Shown here: piece by piece, positions 27,472-39,684 of the stretch
How positions within the stretch are numbered: position 1 is the first letter of the stretch
Layout of the letters: every line of letters begins with the position of its first letter
NCBI GenBank assembly: GCA_964490075.1
Contig: CAZBBK010000054.1
Coordinates: 1-40,845 of the forward strand
Length of the DNA stretch: 40,845 nucleotides
Direction: 5' to 3'
DNA from: an uncultured Gemmatimonadota bacterium
GTDB lineage: Bacteria; GCA-2686955
Position numbers and translations under genes: made by a program
The notes under the pieces: generated by a model
The model's input: only the letters and a program-made list of their open reading frames with translations
Told to the model about the DNA's origin: nothing
Databases searched by the model: none

Positions 27472-29863
27472 GACCCGCTACCTGGGCCGGGACGCGCCGC
27501 GCCCCGACGCCGCCGCCAAGGCCACCGGCCAGGCCCACTACATCCACGACATCGAGCGGCCCGGGATGCTGCACGCGGCGATCAAGTTCTCCGAGCACGC
27601 CCATGCCCGCATCCTCAACGTCGACACCAGCCGCGCCGAGAGGCTGCCGGGGGTGCGCACGGTGATCAGCGCCGCCAACACGCCCGAGATCCGCGTCGGC
27701 TTCCTGCGCGACAATCTCGCGCTGAAGTCGGACAAGGTGCGACAGTTTCGCGACGAGGTGGCGGCGGTCGCGGCGATCGATCCCGACGTGGCCGCCGAGG
27801 CGGTGTCGCTGATCGACGTAGAGTACCAACCGCTGCCCGGGGTCTTCGATCCACGCGAGGCTCTCGAAGAGGACGCGCCCCTGGTCCACGAGCGCAACGC
27901 CGATGGCAGCGGGCGCGCCGGCAACCTGCTCGATCTGACCTTCCGCCACGACTCCGGTGACATCGAGGCCGGCCGGCGCCAGGCCCTCCACGCCGTCGGG
28001 GGCGAGTTCAGCACGCCGATGATCCAGCAGACCTGCATGGGCACCGCCGGCTGTGTCGCCGAGTTCGACCCTTCCGGCAATCTGACCATCTGGGCAAAGA
28101 CCCAGATTCCCTTCCTGGCGCAGCGCGACTTCAACCAGGCGCTGGCGGCCATGGGGCTGAAGGGCCGGAACGCCCGGGTGATCGTGCCCTGCATGGGCGG
28201 CGGCTTCGGCACCGGGCTCGACACCCACGTCTACGAGTATATCTGTATCTTGCTGGCCCACCGCAGCGGCGTCCCGGTGAAGATCCTCTACGATCGGGAC
28301 CAGGAGTTCGCATATCTGTCGCCGCGGCAGAGCGCACGAGTGCGGATCAGCCAGGGTTGCGACGCCGCCGGGCGGCTCACTTATCGGGATGTCGACGTGC
28401 TCCAGGACAACGGTGCCTACACCTCCTGGGGCGCGACCTACCCGAGCGTCATGATGCTGCCGGCGACCTCCCTCTACCGGGTCCCCCACATCCGTTTCGA
28501 TACCAAGATCGTCTACACCAACAACACCTACTGCCAGGCGATGCGCGGCTACGGCAATCCCGAGCTCACCTGGGCGCTCGAGAGCAATCTCGACGATCTG
28601 GCGGCCGCGGCCGGGATCGATCCGTTCGAAATGCGTCTGATCAACTGCAACGAGCCGGGCGAGACCACGCCGATGGGGCTGCGGGTGAGCTCCTGCGGCC
28701 TGCGCGAGTGTCTGCAAGGTGTCGCCGACCGGCTGCAGTGGCGCGAGCGGCGCGGCAGGTCGAGCGCGCCGGGCAAACGGCGCGGTGTCGGGCTGGCCTC
28801 GCTGATGCACGTCGGCGGATCGGGGCGGATCTACCGCAGCGACGCCAGCGGCATCATTTTGCGCCTGGACGACTACGCCAACGTCTACGTCTACTCGGGC
28901 GGTGTCGAGATGGGACAGGGACTGCACTCGGCGCTCGCGCTCGGTGTCGCCGAGTGCCTCGGCGTGCGCCCGGAGCAGGTGCACATCAACCAGACCGACA
29001 CCGCCACCTGCCCCTGGGATGTCGGCACCCACGCCAGCCGCGGGGCCTTCACGGCGCTCAACGCGGCCCACATGGCCGCGACCAGGCTGCGCGAGCGGCT
29101 CTTCGAGCTGGCGACGGAGATCTACGCCGGCGAGGTGGAGCGAAGCTGGAAGCGCTACCAGAAGAAGCACGCCACGGCCAAGCGCGGCGACATCGACTAC
29201 ACGGCGCTGGCCGGCGACCCCCAGGCGTTCGAGCTGGCCGGTGGCTTCCTGTTCCTGGAGCAGGCCGCCGCCGAGCCCTGGGCGCGCATCGAGCTGGGGC
29301 GCTTCCTGCGCGCGCTGCACTTTCGCGAGGGCCGCTCCACCATGCTCACCGAAGAGGCATTCTACGACCCGCCCAGCGAGCTCCCCGACTGGGAGCGGGG
29401 CAAAGGAAATATGTCGGCGACCTATGCCTACGGCACCCAGGGCGTGGAGCTCGAGGTCGACGAAGAGACCGGCGAGGTGCGAATTCTCAAGATGGTCGCC
29501 GTGCACGACGTTGGCAAGGTGCTGAACCGGCAGACGCTGGAGGGGCAGACCTACGGCGCGCTCGCCCAGGGCATCGGCTACGCCCTCTTCGAGGAGGTGC
29601 TGACGGAAGGCGGCCGGATCCTCAATCCCAACTTCACCGACTACAAGATCCCGACCATCGAGGACCTGGCCTTCCCGATCGAGCTCGACTTCATCGAAAG
29701 CGACGATCCCCACGGCCCCTTCGGCGCCAAGGGGGTCGGCGAGCCCGGGCTGGTGCCGACCGCGCCGGCGATCGGCAACGCCATTTGGGACGCGCTGGGC
29801 GTGCGGATAAACGATCTGCCGATCACGCCCGAGAAGATCTTGTGGGCGCTGCGCGCTTCCTGA
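27464..29863 (+). CDS. Xanthine dehydrogenase family molybdopterin subunit
   Basis: KATGQAHY, MGGGFG, AMRGYG, EMGQG, THASR, GAKGVGEP. Confidence 0.95.
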   Translation: MSETRYLGRDAPRPDAAAKATGQAHYIHDIERPGMLHAAIKFSEHAHARILNVDTSRAERLPGVRTVISAANTPEIRVGFLRDNLALKSDKVRQFRDEVAAVAAIDPDVAAEAVSLIDVEYQPLPGVFDPREALEEDAPLVHERNADGSGRAGNLLDLTFRHDSGDIEAGRRQALHAVGGEFSTPMIQQTCMGTAGCVAEFDPSGNLTIWAKTQIPFLAQRDFNQALAAMGLKGRNARVIVPCMGGGFGTGLDTHVYEYICILLAHRSGVPVKILYDRDQEFAYLSPRQSARVRISQGCDAAGRLTYRDVDVLQDNGAYTSWGATYPSVMMLPATSLYRVPHIRFDTKIVYTNNTYCQAMRGYGNPELTWALESNLDDLAAAAGIDPFEMRLINCNEPGETTPMGLRVSSCGLRECLQGVADRLQWRERRGRSSAPGKRRGVGLASLMHVGGSGRIYRSDASGIILRLDDYANVYVYSGGVEMGQGLHSALALGVAECLGVRPEQVHINQTDTATCPWDVGTHASRGAFTALNAAHMAATRLRERLFELATEIYAGEVERSWKRYQKKHATAKRGDIDYTALAGDPQAFELAGGFLFLEQAAAEPWARIELGRFLRALHFREGRSTMLTEEAFYDPPSELPDWERGKGNMSATYAYGTQGVELEVDEETGEVRILKMVAVHDVGKVLNRQTLEGQTYGALAQGIGYALFEEVLTEGGRILNPNFTDYKIPTIEDLAFPIELDFIESDDPHGPFGAKGVGEPGLVPTAPAIGNAIWDALGVRINDLPITPEKILWALRAS

Positions 29864-29880
29864 GGCCGCGAGAGGTCGGT

Positions 29881-31596
29881 TCAGTACACCGTCCGCCAAC
29901 CCGCCCGAATCACCCGCACCTCGACGATCTCCTCCTCTTCCCCGGCCCGCAGCGCCAGCAGGTAGTCGCCCAGATCGCTCTCTTCCGGCACCGTGAACTC
30001 CACCCTCCCCTCCCACGAGCCCTGGGCCGGCAGTTGGGCGCGGCCGCGGCGGGCGATGGCGGTGGGGAACTCCTCCTCTTCGGCGGGACCGAAAGCGAGC
30101 GAGAGCGGTACCTCGCGGGGAGCGCCGCTCAGATTGCCGGCCAGCACATGCAGCTCGATGGTGGTGCCGGCGGCGAGCGCCACGGTGCGCGGCACGACGT
30201 AGAGCAGATCACGTTTTCGTTGATCGAAGGGATAGGGGCCGATGTCCAGGCGGGTGCCGTCGGGGTCGCGGAAGCCCGCCGGGGGCGAGGGATCGCCGGC
30301 ATCGATGGCGGGGGAGCCGGGGCGCAGACGGAAATCGTGCTGATCGGCGTCGAAGAAGAGCGGATCGGCGTGGATATCGTGGGTGGTGTCGGAGGGGAAG
30401 CCGGAGTAGTTGCCGTCAGTGTTGGCGTGCAGGAGGTTGAAGCGGGCGTCGTAGCCGGTGGCGGAGAAATGCAGCGCCGGAGCTCCGCCATTGGCGACGA
30501 CGATGTTGTTGGAGGCGTAGCCGTAGCCGCCGAGGACGGCGGCGCCGCCGGTGGCGACGGAGGCGGTCTCGTTGGGGTGGGATTCGGAGTAGTTGTTGTA
30601 GAATAGGTTGTTGCTGATGGTGGCTTCGAGGCCCCAATCGATGTAGAGGGCGGCGCCGCGGCCGCCGCGTTGGTAGGGGTCGATCGTGTCTCCGTCTTGC
30701 GGGAGCGCGCGGTTATTGACGAAAGTGTTGTGGGTGGCGCGGATGCCGGTTCCCGGATCGTGGGCGTGCGCCTCGATGGCCCCACCCGTCCCAGCCCAGT
30801 TCCCTTCGAACCAGTTGTCGCGAATTGTGCTGCCGCCGGCGCAGGATATGGAGCCTCCGCTGCCAGATCTCAGCCGTTGCTCGATTTGGCGGTTATTGAG
30901 GAAGACACAGTCTTCGACCAAGAACAGCTCAGGGGTAGTGGCCGAGGCCAGGGCTTGGGCGATGACCGCTCCGTGTGTCACAGTCGAATCCCCGGGCGAT
31001 TGGTTATCTTTGAACCAACAGTTGCTTACTTTCCAACGCCCATCGCCGAGTCCTCGACCCGAGAGCGAGACCGGGTTGGTGACCCGGTTATCCTCGATAC
31101 GACAGCTTTCCATGAGGCCATCGGAGACATAGCGTGCCAGGATGCACGCTCCAGTGTTCACCCACATCCCGGACGGACCTTTGCGGGGTGACCACGATTC
31201 GAAGACCACGTCGACGAAGTGGATGTCGATTCCGAATGAATACACGCCTCGGTATCCCTCCGGTTGAACGCGAAGCCCGCGCAACAGATTCGGGCTTGCG
31301 ACGGTCCGATCGATGTGGACTACGTGCTGATCAGGGTTGGTTCCTGCGACCAGGGTTTCGTGGCTTCCTCCCAATCCGATAATCGAGAGCCCTTTTCCAT
31401 CCCACGACAGGTTCTCGCGATAGGTCCCGGCGTCGACCAGGATAGTATCGCCATCGCTGGCCGCCTCGATCGCGAGCTGGATGCGATCGAACTCATGGCA
31501 AGGCCCAACCCGCAGGGTCGCCGCCCTGGTCACGGCAGGCGTGACCAGGACGGCGACCGCGAGCAGCGCCGTGCGATCGATGTGTCGCCGCGGCAT
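29881..31596 (-). CDS. Secreted right-handed beta-helix (pectin-lyase-like) protein, paralog 1
   Basis: Signal peptide; IQLAIEAASDGDTILVDAGTY; GG(A/S)I/NN repeats; ADPLF..DFRL..SPAIDAG..DIGPY. Confidence 0.85.
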   Translation of the reverse strand: MPRRHIDRTALLAVAVLVTPAVTRAATLRVGPCHEFDRIQLAIEAASDGDTILVDAGTYRENLSWDGKGLSIIGLGGSHETLVAGTNPDQHVVHIDRTVASPNLLRGLRVQPEGYRGVYSFGIDIHFVDVVFESWSPRKGPSGMWVNTGACILARYVSDGLMESCRIEDNRVTNPVSLSGRGLGDGRWKVSNCWFKDNQSPGDSTVTHGAVIAQALASATTPELFLVEDCVFLNNRQIEQRLRSGSGGSISCAGGSTIRDNWFEGNWAGTGGAIEAHAHDPGTGIRATHNTFVNNRALPQDGDTIDPYQRGGRGAALYIDWGLEATISNNLFYNNYSESHPNETASVATGGAAVLGGYGYASNNIVVANGGAPALHFSATGYDARFNLLHANTDGNYSGFPSDTTHDIHADPLFFDADQHDFRLRPGSPAIDAGDPSPPAGFRDPDGTRLDIGPYPFDQRKRDLLYVVPRTVALAAGTTIELHVLAGNLSGAPREVPLSLAFGPAEEEEFPTAIARRGRAQLPAQGSWEGRVEFTVPEESDLGDYLLALRAGEEEEIVEVRVIRAGWRTVY

Positions 31597-31607
31597 CGCT
31601 CTCTCTT

Positions 31608-33715
<2,108 letters not shown>

Positions 33716-33933
33716 GGTTACTCCTCTGTGTCTTCCCGCGGGCGTCGAGGATCGACCGGCCGGTCGGCGCCCTTCTCGTTGCGCGCCGGCCCTGGCGATT
33801 CCGCGCCCGCCGTGTGTGCGAGGAGTGTGAGTGGCCGGGGAGATTCCGTCAACCGGGTTTCTGGGCCAAAAACGAGCTGGCGCTTGCGCCGCGCCTTGCA
33901 CTCGTGCGCTGGGGGTTGGAGCGAGATGGGCGC

Positions 33934-34077
33934 CGGCAGTGCTCTCCTGACTGGTTTTTCGGCGGCTTGATCATGGACCTCGAGGAATTGCCGGGCCGGC
34001 CGGTCGATATCGCCACCGAGGCATCATTGCACCCGAGCATCCGGGAACGCATTCTCGGCGAGGCGGTTCCTCTGTGA
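33934..34077 (+). pseudogene. C-terminal remnant of a minimal nucleotidyltransferase (MNT antitoxin)
   Basis: GGLIMDLEELPGRPVDIATEASLHPSIRERILGEAVPL* fits an MNT C-terminus. The GS..SDxD N-terminal half is absent. Confidence 0.7.
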
Positions 34078-34105
34078 AGGACGAACGGGCCTACGAGGAA
34101 GCCCC

Positions 34106-35818
34106 TCAGTACTCTTCCCGCCAACCCGCCCGAATCACTCGCACCTCGACGATCTCCTCCTCCTCCCCGGCCCGCAGCGCCAGCAGGTAGTCGCCCAGAT
34201 CGCTCTCTTCCGGCACCGTGAACTCCACCCTCCCCTCCCACGAGCCCTGGGCCGGCAGTTGGGCGCGGCCGCGGCGGGCGATGGCGGTGGGGAACTCCTC
34301 CTCTTCGGCGGGACCGAAAGCGAGCGAGAGCGGTACCTCGCGGGGAGCGCCGCTCAGATTGCCGGCCAGCACATGCAGCTCGATGGTGGTGCCGGCGGCG
34401 AGCGCCACGGTGCGCGGCACGACGTAGAGCAGATCACGTTTTCGTTGATCGAAGGGATAGGGGCCGATGTCCAGGCGGGTGCCGTCGGGGTCGCGGAAGC
34501 CCGCCGGGGGCGAGGGATCGCCGGCATCGATGGCGGGGGAGCCGGGGCGCAGACGGAAATCGTGCTGATCGGCGTCGAAGAAGAGCGGATCGGCGTGGAT
34601 ATCGTGGGTGGTGTCGGAGGGGAAGCCGGAGTAGTTGCCGTCAGTGTTGGCGTGCAGGATGTTGAAGCGGGCGTCGTAGCTCGAGCCGGGGAAATGCAGC
34701 GCGGGGGCCCCGCTGTTGGCGACGACGATGTTGTTGGAGGCGTAGCCGTAGCCGCCCAAGACCGCGGCACCGCCGGTGGCGACGGAGGCGGTATGGTTGG
34801 GGTGGGATTCGGAGTGGTTGTTGTGGAAGAGGTTGTTGCTGATGGTGGCTTCGAGGCCCCAATCGACGTAGAGGGCGGCGCCTCGGCCGCCGCGTTGGTA
34901 GGGGTCGTAGGGTTTGTAGCCTTCTTGTGGTAGGGCGCGGTTGCCCGCGAAGGTGTTGTAGGTGATGCGGATTGCGGTCCCGGGATCGTGGGCATGCGCC
35001 TTAATGGCGCCGCCTCTATTCGACCAATTTCCTTCGAACCAGTTGTAGCGGATGCAGCTGCCACCGGCGCAGACAATAGCACCGCCGCTGCCTGAAACCA
35101 GAGGATGTTCGATCTGTCTGTTATTGAGGAAGACGCAGTTCTCCACCAGGAAGAGCTCTGGCGTGGCGTAGGAGACCAGAGCCTGGCCGCCGACCACGCC
35201 TTTGGTGATCGTGGAGTCGCCGGGCGAGTGGTTGCGCTCGAACCAGCAGTTGCGCACTTGCCAGCGGCCCCCTCCGTTGCCCAGACCTGAGACCCAGACC
35301 GGGTTGATGACTTGGTTGTTTTCGATACGGCAGCTCTCCATGAGACCGCTGATCGCATGTGCGGAGTAGATGCAGGCTCCATTGCCCCCGCCTCTACCGT
35401 GCGCTTGGCGTCTCCAGCCTTGGATAACGATATCGACCAGTCTGGTGGAGACATCGAAGAACTCAATGCCAAGGCCACCATTAGGTACAATATTCAGCCC
35501 CTGGATGCAATTCGTGAAGCTGTCGTTGTATTCCACGCGCACCGTGCTCTCATCTGGATTGGCATTGCTGAGAACCGTCTGCGCACTTCCCCCCAAGCCC
35601 ACAATCGAGATCCCCTTGCCATCCCACGTCAGGTTTTCCACGTAGGTTCCGGCCTCGACCAAGATACTGTCGCCATCGCTCGCGGCATCGATCGCCGGCT
35701 GAATAGCATCGAACTCATGGCATGGCCCGACCCGCAGGGTCGCGGCCCCGGTCACGGCAGGGGTGACCAGGGCGGCGACCGCGAGCAGCGCCGTGCGGTG
35801 GGTGTATCGCCGCGGCAT
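34106..35818 (-). CDS. Secreted beta-helix protein, paralog 2
   Basis: Colinear with 29881-31596; start MPRRYTHR at 35818. Confidence 0.85.
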   Translation of the reverse strand: MPRRYTHRTALLAVAALVTPAVTGAATLRVGPCHEFDAIQPAIDAASDGDSILVEAGTYVENLTWDGKGISIVGLGGSAQTVLSNANPDESTVRVEYNDSFTNCIQGLNIVPNGGLGIEFFDVSTRLVDIVIQGWRRQAHGRGGGNGACIYSAHAISGLMESCRIENNQVINPVWVSGLGNGGGRWQVRNCWFERNHSPGDSTITKGVVGGQALVSYATPELFLVENCVFLNNRQIEHPLVSGSGGAIVCAGGSCIRYNWFEGNWSNRGGAIKAHAHDPGTAIRITYNTFAGNRALPQEGYKPYDPYQRGGRGAALYVDWGLEATISNNLFHNNHSESHPNHTASVATGGAAVLGGYGYASNNIVVANSGAPALHFPGSSYDARFNILHANTDGNYSGFPSDTTHDIHADPLFFDADQHDFRLRPGSPAIDAGDPSPPAGFRDPDGTRLDIGPYPFDQRKRDLLYVVPRTVALAAGTTIELHVLAGNLSGAPREVPLSLAFGPAEEEEFPTAIARRGRAQLPAQGSWEGRVEFTVPEESDLGDYLLALRAGEEEEIVEVRVIRAGWREEY

Positions 35819-35829
35819 CGCTTTCTCCT

Positions 35830-36001
35830 CTACTCGCAGGGTGGATCGGGAGGCAGCGTGCAGGCGTCCCCGTTCCAGGAATTGCCGGTGCGGAAGCGTT
35901 GCACGCGGCAGTTGATGTCTTGCGCGGTGTTCAGCAGTGCCTGGTAGGTGTCGTATGTCTTGGGATCGTAAACGCCCCAATTCTGCGTGTTCTCCTGGTA
36001 C
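35830..36001 (-). pseudogene. 3' remnant of a second copy of the glycoside hydrolase gene
   Basis: YQENTQNWGVYDPK...PPCE* aligns with the C-terminus of the 31608 gene; homology ends at ~36001. Confidence 0.88.
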
Positions 36002-36092
36002 AGCGCGTGGAGCGATCGTAGCCTCATTGAAGTCGGCGCGAGATGAGAAGTCGCCGATCGGTTCTGCCTTGTTGGCTTGGTGTTCGACCAGA

Positions 36093-36119
36093 CTGGATTC
36101 CGGCTTCCGCCGGAATGAC
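36093..36119. repeat. Isolated REP-like palindrome GTCATTCCGGCGGAAGCCGGAATCCAG (minus strand)
   Basis: ATTCCGGC/GCCGGAAT stem with GTC..CCAG flanks, a widespread short intergenic repeat form. Confidence 0.65.
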
Positions 36120-36203
36120 GGGGAAGTGGGGGTCGACGGGTGGATCGGGGGCCGCGTCTGATTGCGGATGGGCAAACGGCCCTGCTGCACGGACCGGGCG
36201 GGT

Positions 36204-36359
36204 AGGGCAGGCCTGCGGGCGCGCCACGGTCTGCGCACACCCGACGCGATCCATCTCGCCAGCGTCATCGAGGTCGGCGCCAAGGCCTTCGTGACCGCCG
36301 GCCGGCGGCTCCCGAAGATGAAGGAGATCGCCGTCTTGCTGATGGCCCCAGACCGCTAG
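36204..36359 (+). pseudogene. C-terminal remnant of a PIN-domain (VapC-like) toxin
   Basis: LRARHGLRTPDAIHLAS..AFVT..RL; the N-terminal DT motif is absent. Confidence 0.72.
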
Positions 36360-36772
36360 ATCGAGGTCCTCGGCGGACCGTCGCCCTCGGTTCCGTTCTC
36401 GCCTCCGTTGCCCTTGTAGGAAAAGCCCACGCCGTCGATCTCGGCCCGAAACTCGATCGTCTCGCCTTTGTCGTTGCGCTTGATGGAGCGGAAAAGCACG
36501 CGATACTCGTTTTCCGACTCCGCGAAGACGACCAGCCACTCGGAGCGCGAGACCTGCCCCCGCAGACCGATAGTCTCGGAGATCAACTGCCACTGCGCGG
36601 CGCCCTGCTCGCCGACGAAGATCGCGTGCGGCTCGCCGTCCACCACCGTCAAGCGCACCCGCACCTCGTCGTTCGGTTCCGGTCCGGAGGGCAGGCTGCA
36701 GCCGGCGACCGCCGCCACGATCAGCAGCGCCAGCAGGCGGTGAATGGGGGAGGGGTGGGCGATTGGGCTCAT
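36356..36772 (-). CDS. Hypothetical lipoprotein
   Basis: Hydrophobic stretch ending in lipobox VAGC. Confidence 0.6.
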   Translation of the reverse strand: MSPIAHPSPIHRLLALLIVAAVAGCSLPSGPEPNDEVRVRLTVVDGEPHAIFVGEQGAAQWQLISETIGLRGQVSRSEWLVVFAESENEYRVLFRSIKRNDKGETIEFRAEIDGVGFSYKGNGGENGTEGDGPPRTSI

Positions 36773-36826
36773 CGGAGGGGTCCTGTCGTTCGCGGGTCAT
36801 CTCGACCGTGGCCGCAAGCAATCGGT

Positions 36827-38551
36827 TCAGAACCATAACCCGAGCCTGGCGTGGTCGGGGCGCGGTTCAGGGAGAGGCCAGGGTCCGGACAGCGTCGCCG
36901 GGACCCTGACGGAAGCGCGGCAGACCTCGCCGCCGGGGGTGAGCAGATCGACGCGCAGCTGCTTACCGCGCACTCGAAAGTGGGTCGACGGCTGCCGGGA
37001 ATCGAGCCGCGACACCGGCACGAATCCCATCTTCAGGCTGTCGAGCGCCTTCGGCACATTATCGGCGCCCGTGTTGCCCCAGACGATACAATTGGTCAGG
37101 TCGACCGCGGCGCGCGTGGCCTGAATCCCGCCGTAGGCATTGGTGGTGCCGCTGGTGGCCGCGTTGCCCGTGATGGTGCAGTTCTCGAAGGTCGCCAGCT
37201 CCATGTCGTCGCCGAAGATGGCCCCGCCGGTGGCAGTGTCGCCACCGGTTGCCCGGTTGCCGCTGATGATGCAGTTGACGAAGCTCGCGCGGTCCATGGC
37301 CTCGCCATGAAAAGCGCCGCCGGCCGCGGTGTCGTCTCCGGTGGCGCTGTTGCCGCTGATGACGCAGCCTTTGAGCTCCAGATTCGACCAGACGTGGGCG
37401 GTGATTGCTCCACCGGAGGCCCATCGTCCCCGCGCCTCGTTGCCGGTGATGCGGCACTGCTCGAGCCTGGCCGATTCGTGATCAGGGGGGGCCAGTCTGA
37501 TGTTGAGGCCCGCTCCTTGCGCATCCTCTCCCTGCACGAGATTGTCGCGAATCTCGACCCGGCGCAGGTGCGGGTCCGCGTAGCGGCGGATCTCGATCCC
37601 GCCGCCGCCTCTCACGGCGAAGTTGCCTCGCACCTTGGAGTCCTCCAGCAGCAACTCTCCGCCAACGTGCAAGACACCTCCGCCGCTCCGGTCTGCCCGA
37701 TTGTTGCTGATCTCGCAGCCGCGTAGGACCCGGGATGCCCCAAAGACTATCACACCGCCACCGCGCCCGATCCACTCCCAGTACCCGTCTTCCCCCTTGG
37801 CGCTGTTCCCAGTGATCACGCAGTCGATGAGCTGGGCATCGTCCGGGCCCCAGATCAGCAGGCCGCCGCCGCCTCCGTTGACGGCCGTGTTGCCTACGAT
37901 GGTGCACCCGCGCACCGTGATCTGACTAAGGAGGCTCAAACCGCCGCCATCTCCGTCTTGCACCGCGTTGTTCAAGATCAGGCAGCGCTCCAATCGTCCC
38001 CCTCGGGCGCTCCAGTAGATGCCGCCGCCGTCGCCCCTGGTGACTTGGTTGTCAGAAATCACGCAGTCCTCGATCACCGGTTCGCCGCCGAAAACGTAGA
38101 CGCCGCCACCATCGCTCCAGTTGACGCGATTCTCGGTGATCCAGCAGCGGCGGACGGTCGCCGCGGAGCCGGAGCAGCTCAGGCCTCGCCCTTCGCCCAT
38201 GCCTCGGTGCGTCAGCGTCAGTCCTTCCAGGACCATTAGCGAGTCGTTCGCCCCAAGGTAGAATACCGATCCCGCGTAGCGGTGGCCCCCATCGGCCACC
38301 GTCGCCGCGATCACCTCGGGATCGTTCGGATCGGTGCCGCGAATCACGATCGACTTCCACCAGACATTGGTCATTGAGTCCTGGTAGGTCCCCGGCTGCA
38401 CCAGAACCGTGTCGCCGTCGTCCGCGGCGTCGACCGACCCCTGAATCGTCGGCCAGTCCCCGGGCACGTGAATCGTGGTCGCCCCCGCGAATCCGGCGCT
38501 CAGCCACACCGCCGCCAGCGCGGCCACCGGCTTCTTCCATTCCCCGCGCAT
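36827..38551 (-). CDS. Secreted beta-helix protein, apparently truncated at ~37065 and fused to a foreign fragment
   Basis: Signal peptide; TIHVPGDWPTIQ..GDTVLV; many GGG/NxA repeats up to NCIVWGN; then an unrelated tail MGFVPV..THFRVR..LRVDLLTP. Confidence 0.8.
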   Translation of the reverse strand: MRGEWKKPVAALAAVWLSAGFAGATTIHVPGDWPTIQGSVDAADDGDTVLVQPGTYQDSMTNVWWKSIVIRGTDPNDPEVIAATVADGGHRYAGSVFYLGANDSLMVLEGLTLTHRGMGEGRGLSCSGSAATVRRCWITENRVNWSDGGGVYVFGGEPVIEDCVISDNQVTRGDGGGIYWSARGGRLERCLILNNAVQDGDGGGLSLLSQITVRGCTIVGNTAVNGGGGGLLIWGPDDAQLIDCVITGNSAKGEDGYWEWIGRGGGVIVFGASRVLRGCEISNNRADRSGGGVLHVGGELLLEDSKVRGNFAVRGGGGIEIRRYADPHLRRVEIRDNLVQGEDAQGAGLNIRLAPPDHESARLEQCRITGNEARGRWASGGAITAHVWSNLELKGCVISGNSATGDDTAAGGAFHGEAMDRASFVNCIISGNRATGGDTATGGAIFGDDMELATFENCTITGNAATSGTTNAYGGIQATRAAVDLTNCIVWGNTGADNVPKALDSLKMGFVPVSRLDSRQPSTHFRVRGKQLRVDLLTPGGEVCRASVRVPATLSGPWPLPEPRPDHARLGLWF

Positions 38552-38663
38552 CGATCCACCTTTCTCCCCAGGAGCAGCCTGGCCGAGCGTTCATCGAGCT
38601 GTACGCGCTCGGATCGCCCCAGGGCTTGCGTCGATGATAACCGTTCGCCTGGCGGCGGAGCGC

Positions 38664-39446
38664 TCAGGGTCCGCGCCGCTCGCCCGCGACCTCCTCGAGC
38701 GCCAGGCGGACCTGGAGCGCGCGCTCGAGACGGGGGTCGGGCCGCGTTCGCGCGGCGCGGCGCAGCTGGCGATCGGAGCGGCGAAGGGCCCAGGCCAGCT
38801 CGTCGTGCGCGATGCCGGCCCGGCGGCCCACGTACCCCGCGAGCGGGCGCGCCGTGGCTTCCGGCGCGCCGCGTCCGGTCAGCTTTGGATCGGCCGCGAG
38901 CACGGCGGCGGCGGCCGCGACGACCCTGACGGCACCGAGCGCGCGCACCCGCTCCGGCGGCGGGGGGCGCAGATCGTCCTCGCCGAGGCCGACCAGCCGG
39001 CAGGCCTCGCTCAGGCGAAAGCGTGGCAGAGCCTGAGCGATGCGCAGACCAAGTCCGGGCAGCACGCGCGCCCCCGCCAGGTCGGCGAAGCAACCACCGG
39101 TCCACAGCGCGGGGTGTGTCGAGAGGCCGTGGTGCCCCGGCTGCTCGAGCACGTATTTCAGGAGCCAGTGCATGTGGCGTCGCGACTCCACCGCGCGCAA
39201 ATGGGTGGCTTCGAGCGGCACCGCCGCGAGCCTGCGCACGGTCCGCGAGATCGCTCGCGCGCGAATCGTCGCCGCGGCGCTTCCGCAGTAGAGCACCACG
39301 TGCAGGTGGTCGTCGACGAGACAGAAGATGGCGATCTCGCCGCGGGCGACTCGGGCCAGCGCGTGCAGGGCCGCTCTGCGCCGTGCCTCGGTCGGGAACA
39401 TCGGATGGCGACCGTCCACCGACAGCCGCAAATGCCAGGGCTTCAT
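38664..39446 (-). mobile_element. RAYT-like HUH transposase, copy 2 (260 aa)
   Basis: FCLVDDHLHVV, KYVLEQP. Same length as copy 1 and colinear with it, but clearly diverged. Confidence 0.8.
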
Positions 39447-39684
39447 GAAGACGCCCGGGCCGCGCAACACCCGTGCCCGCATTGCGCAAGGGTACCGGCG
39501 ACCCCACCACGTCGCGCCGTCCATGCCAGCGCGCGCCGGCCCATTCCACGGCGTCCCCGCGCTCCGGCCGAACCACGGCGCGGAGCCGTGGCCGCGGGGC
39601 AGACCTCGACCCCCGATCAGCAGACTCTGACCCGCGGCGCGCAGCCCGGTGCCGCGCCCGCTGGTCCGCCAGCGATGGGCAGCG

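Noticed and set aside
26087-29863. Aerobic CO dehydrogenase (coxMSL gene order)
   Set aside because: The active-site loop is AMRGYG, not AYxCSFR, and the context points to a heteroaromatic hydroxylase.
13177-30016. Very long antisense and alternate-frame ORFs (e.g. 13177-17052, 17618-19819, 27200-30016) and the 17848-21717 'fusion'
   Set aside because: Shadow ORFs of high-GC coding DNA with no motifs. Hydantoinase B really starts at GTG 19972.
36021-36032. GCCTCATTGAAG resembling a CRISPR repeat 3' end near the GH breakpoint
   Set aside because: Single 12-nt match with no stem or second copy; cannot be distinguished from chance.
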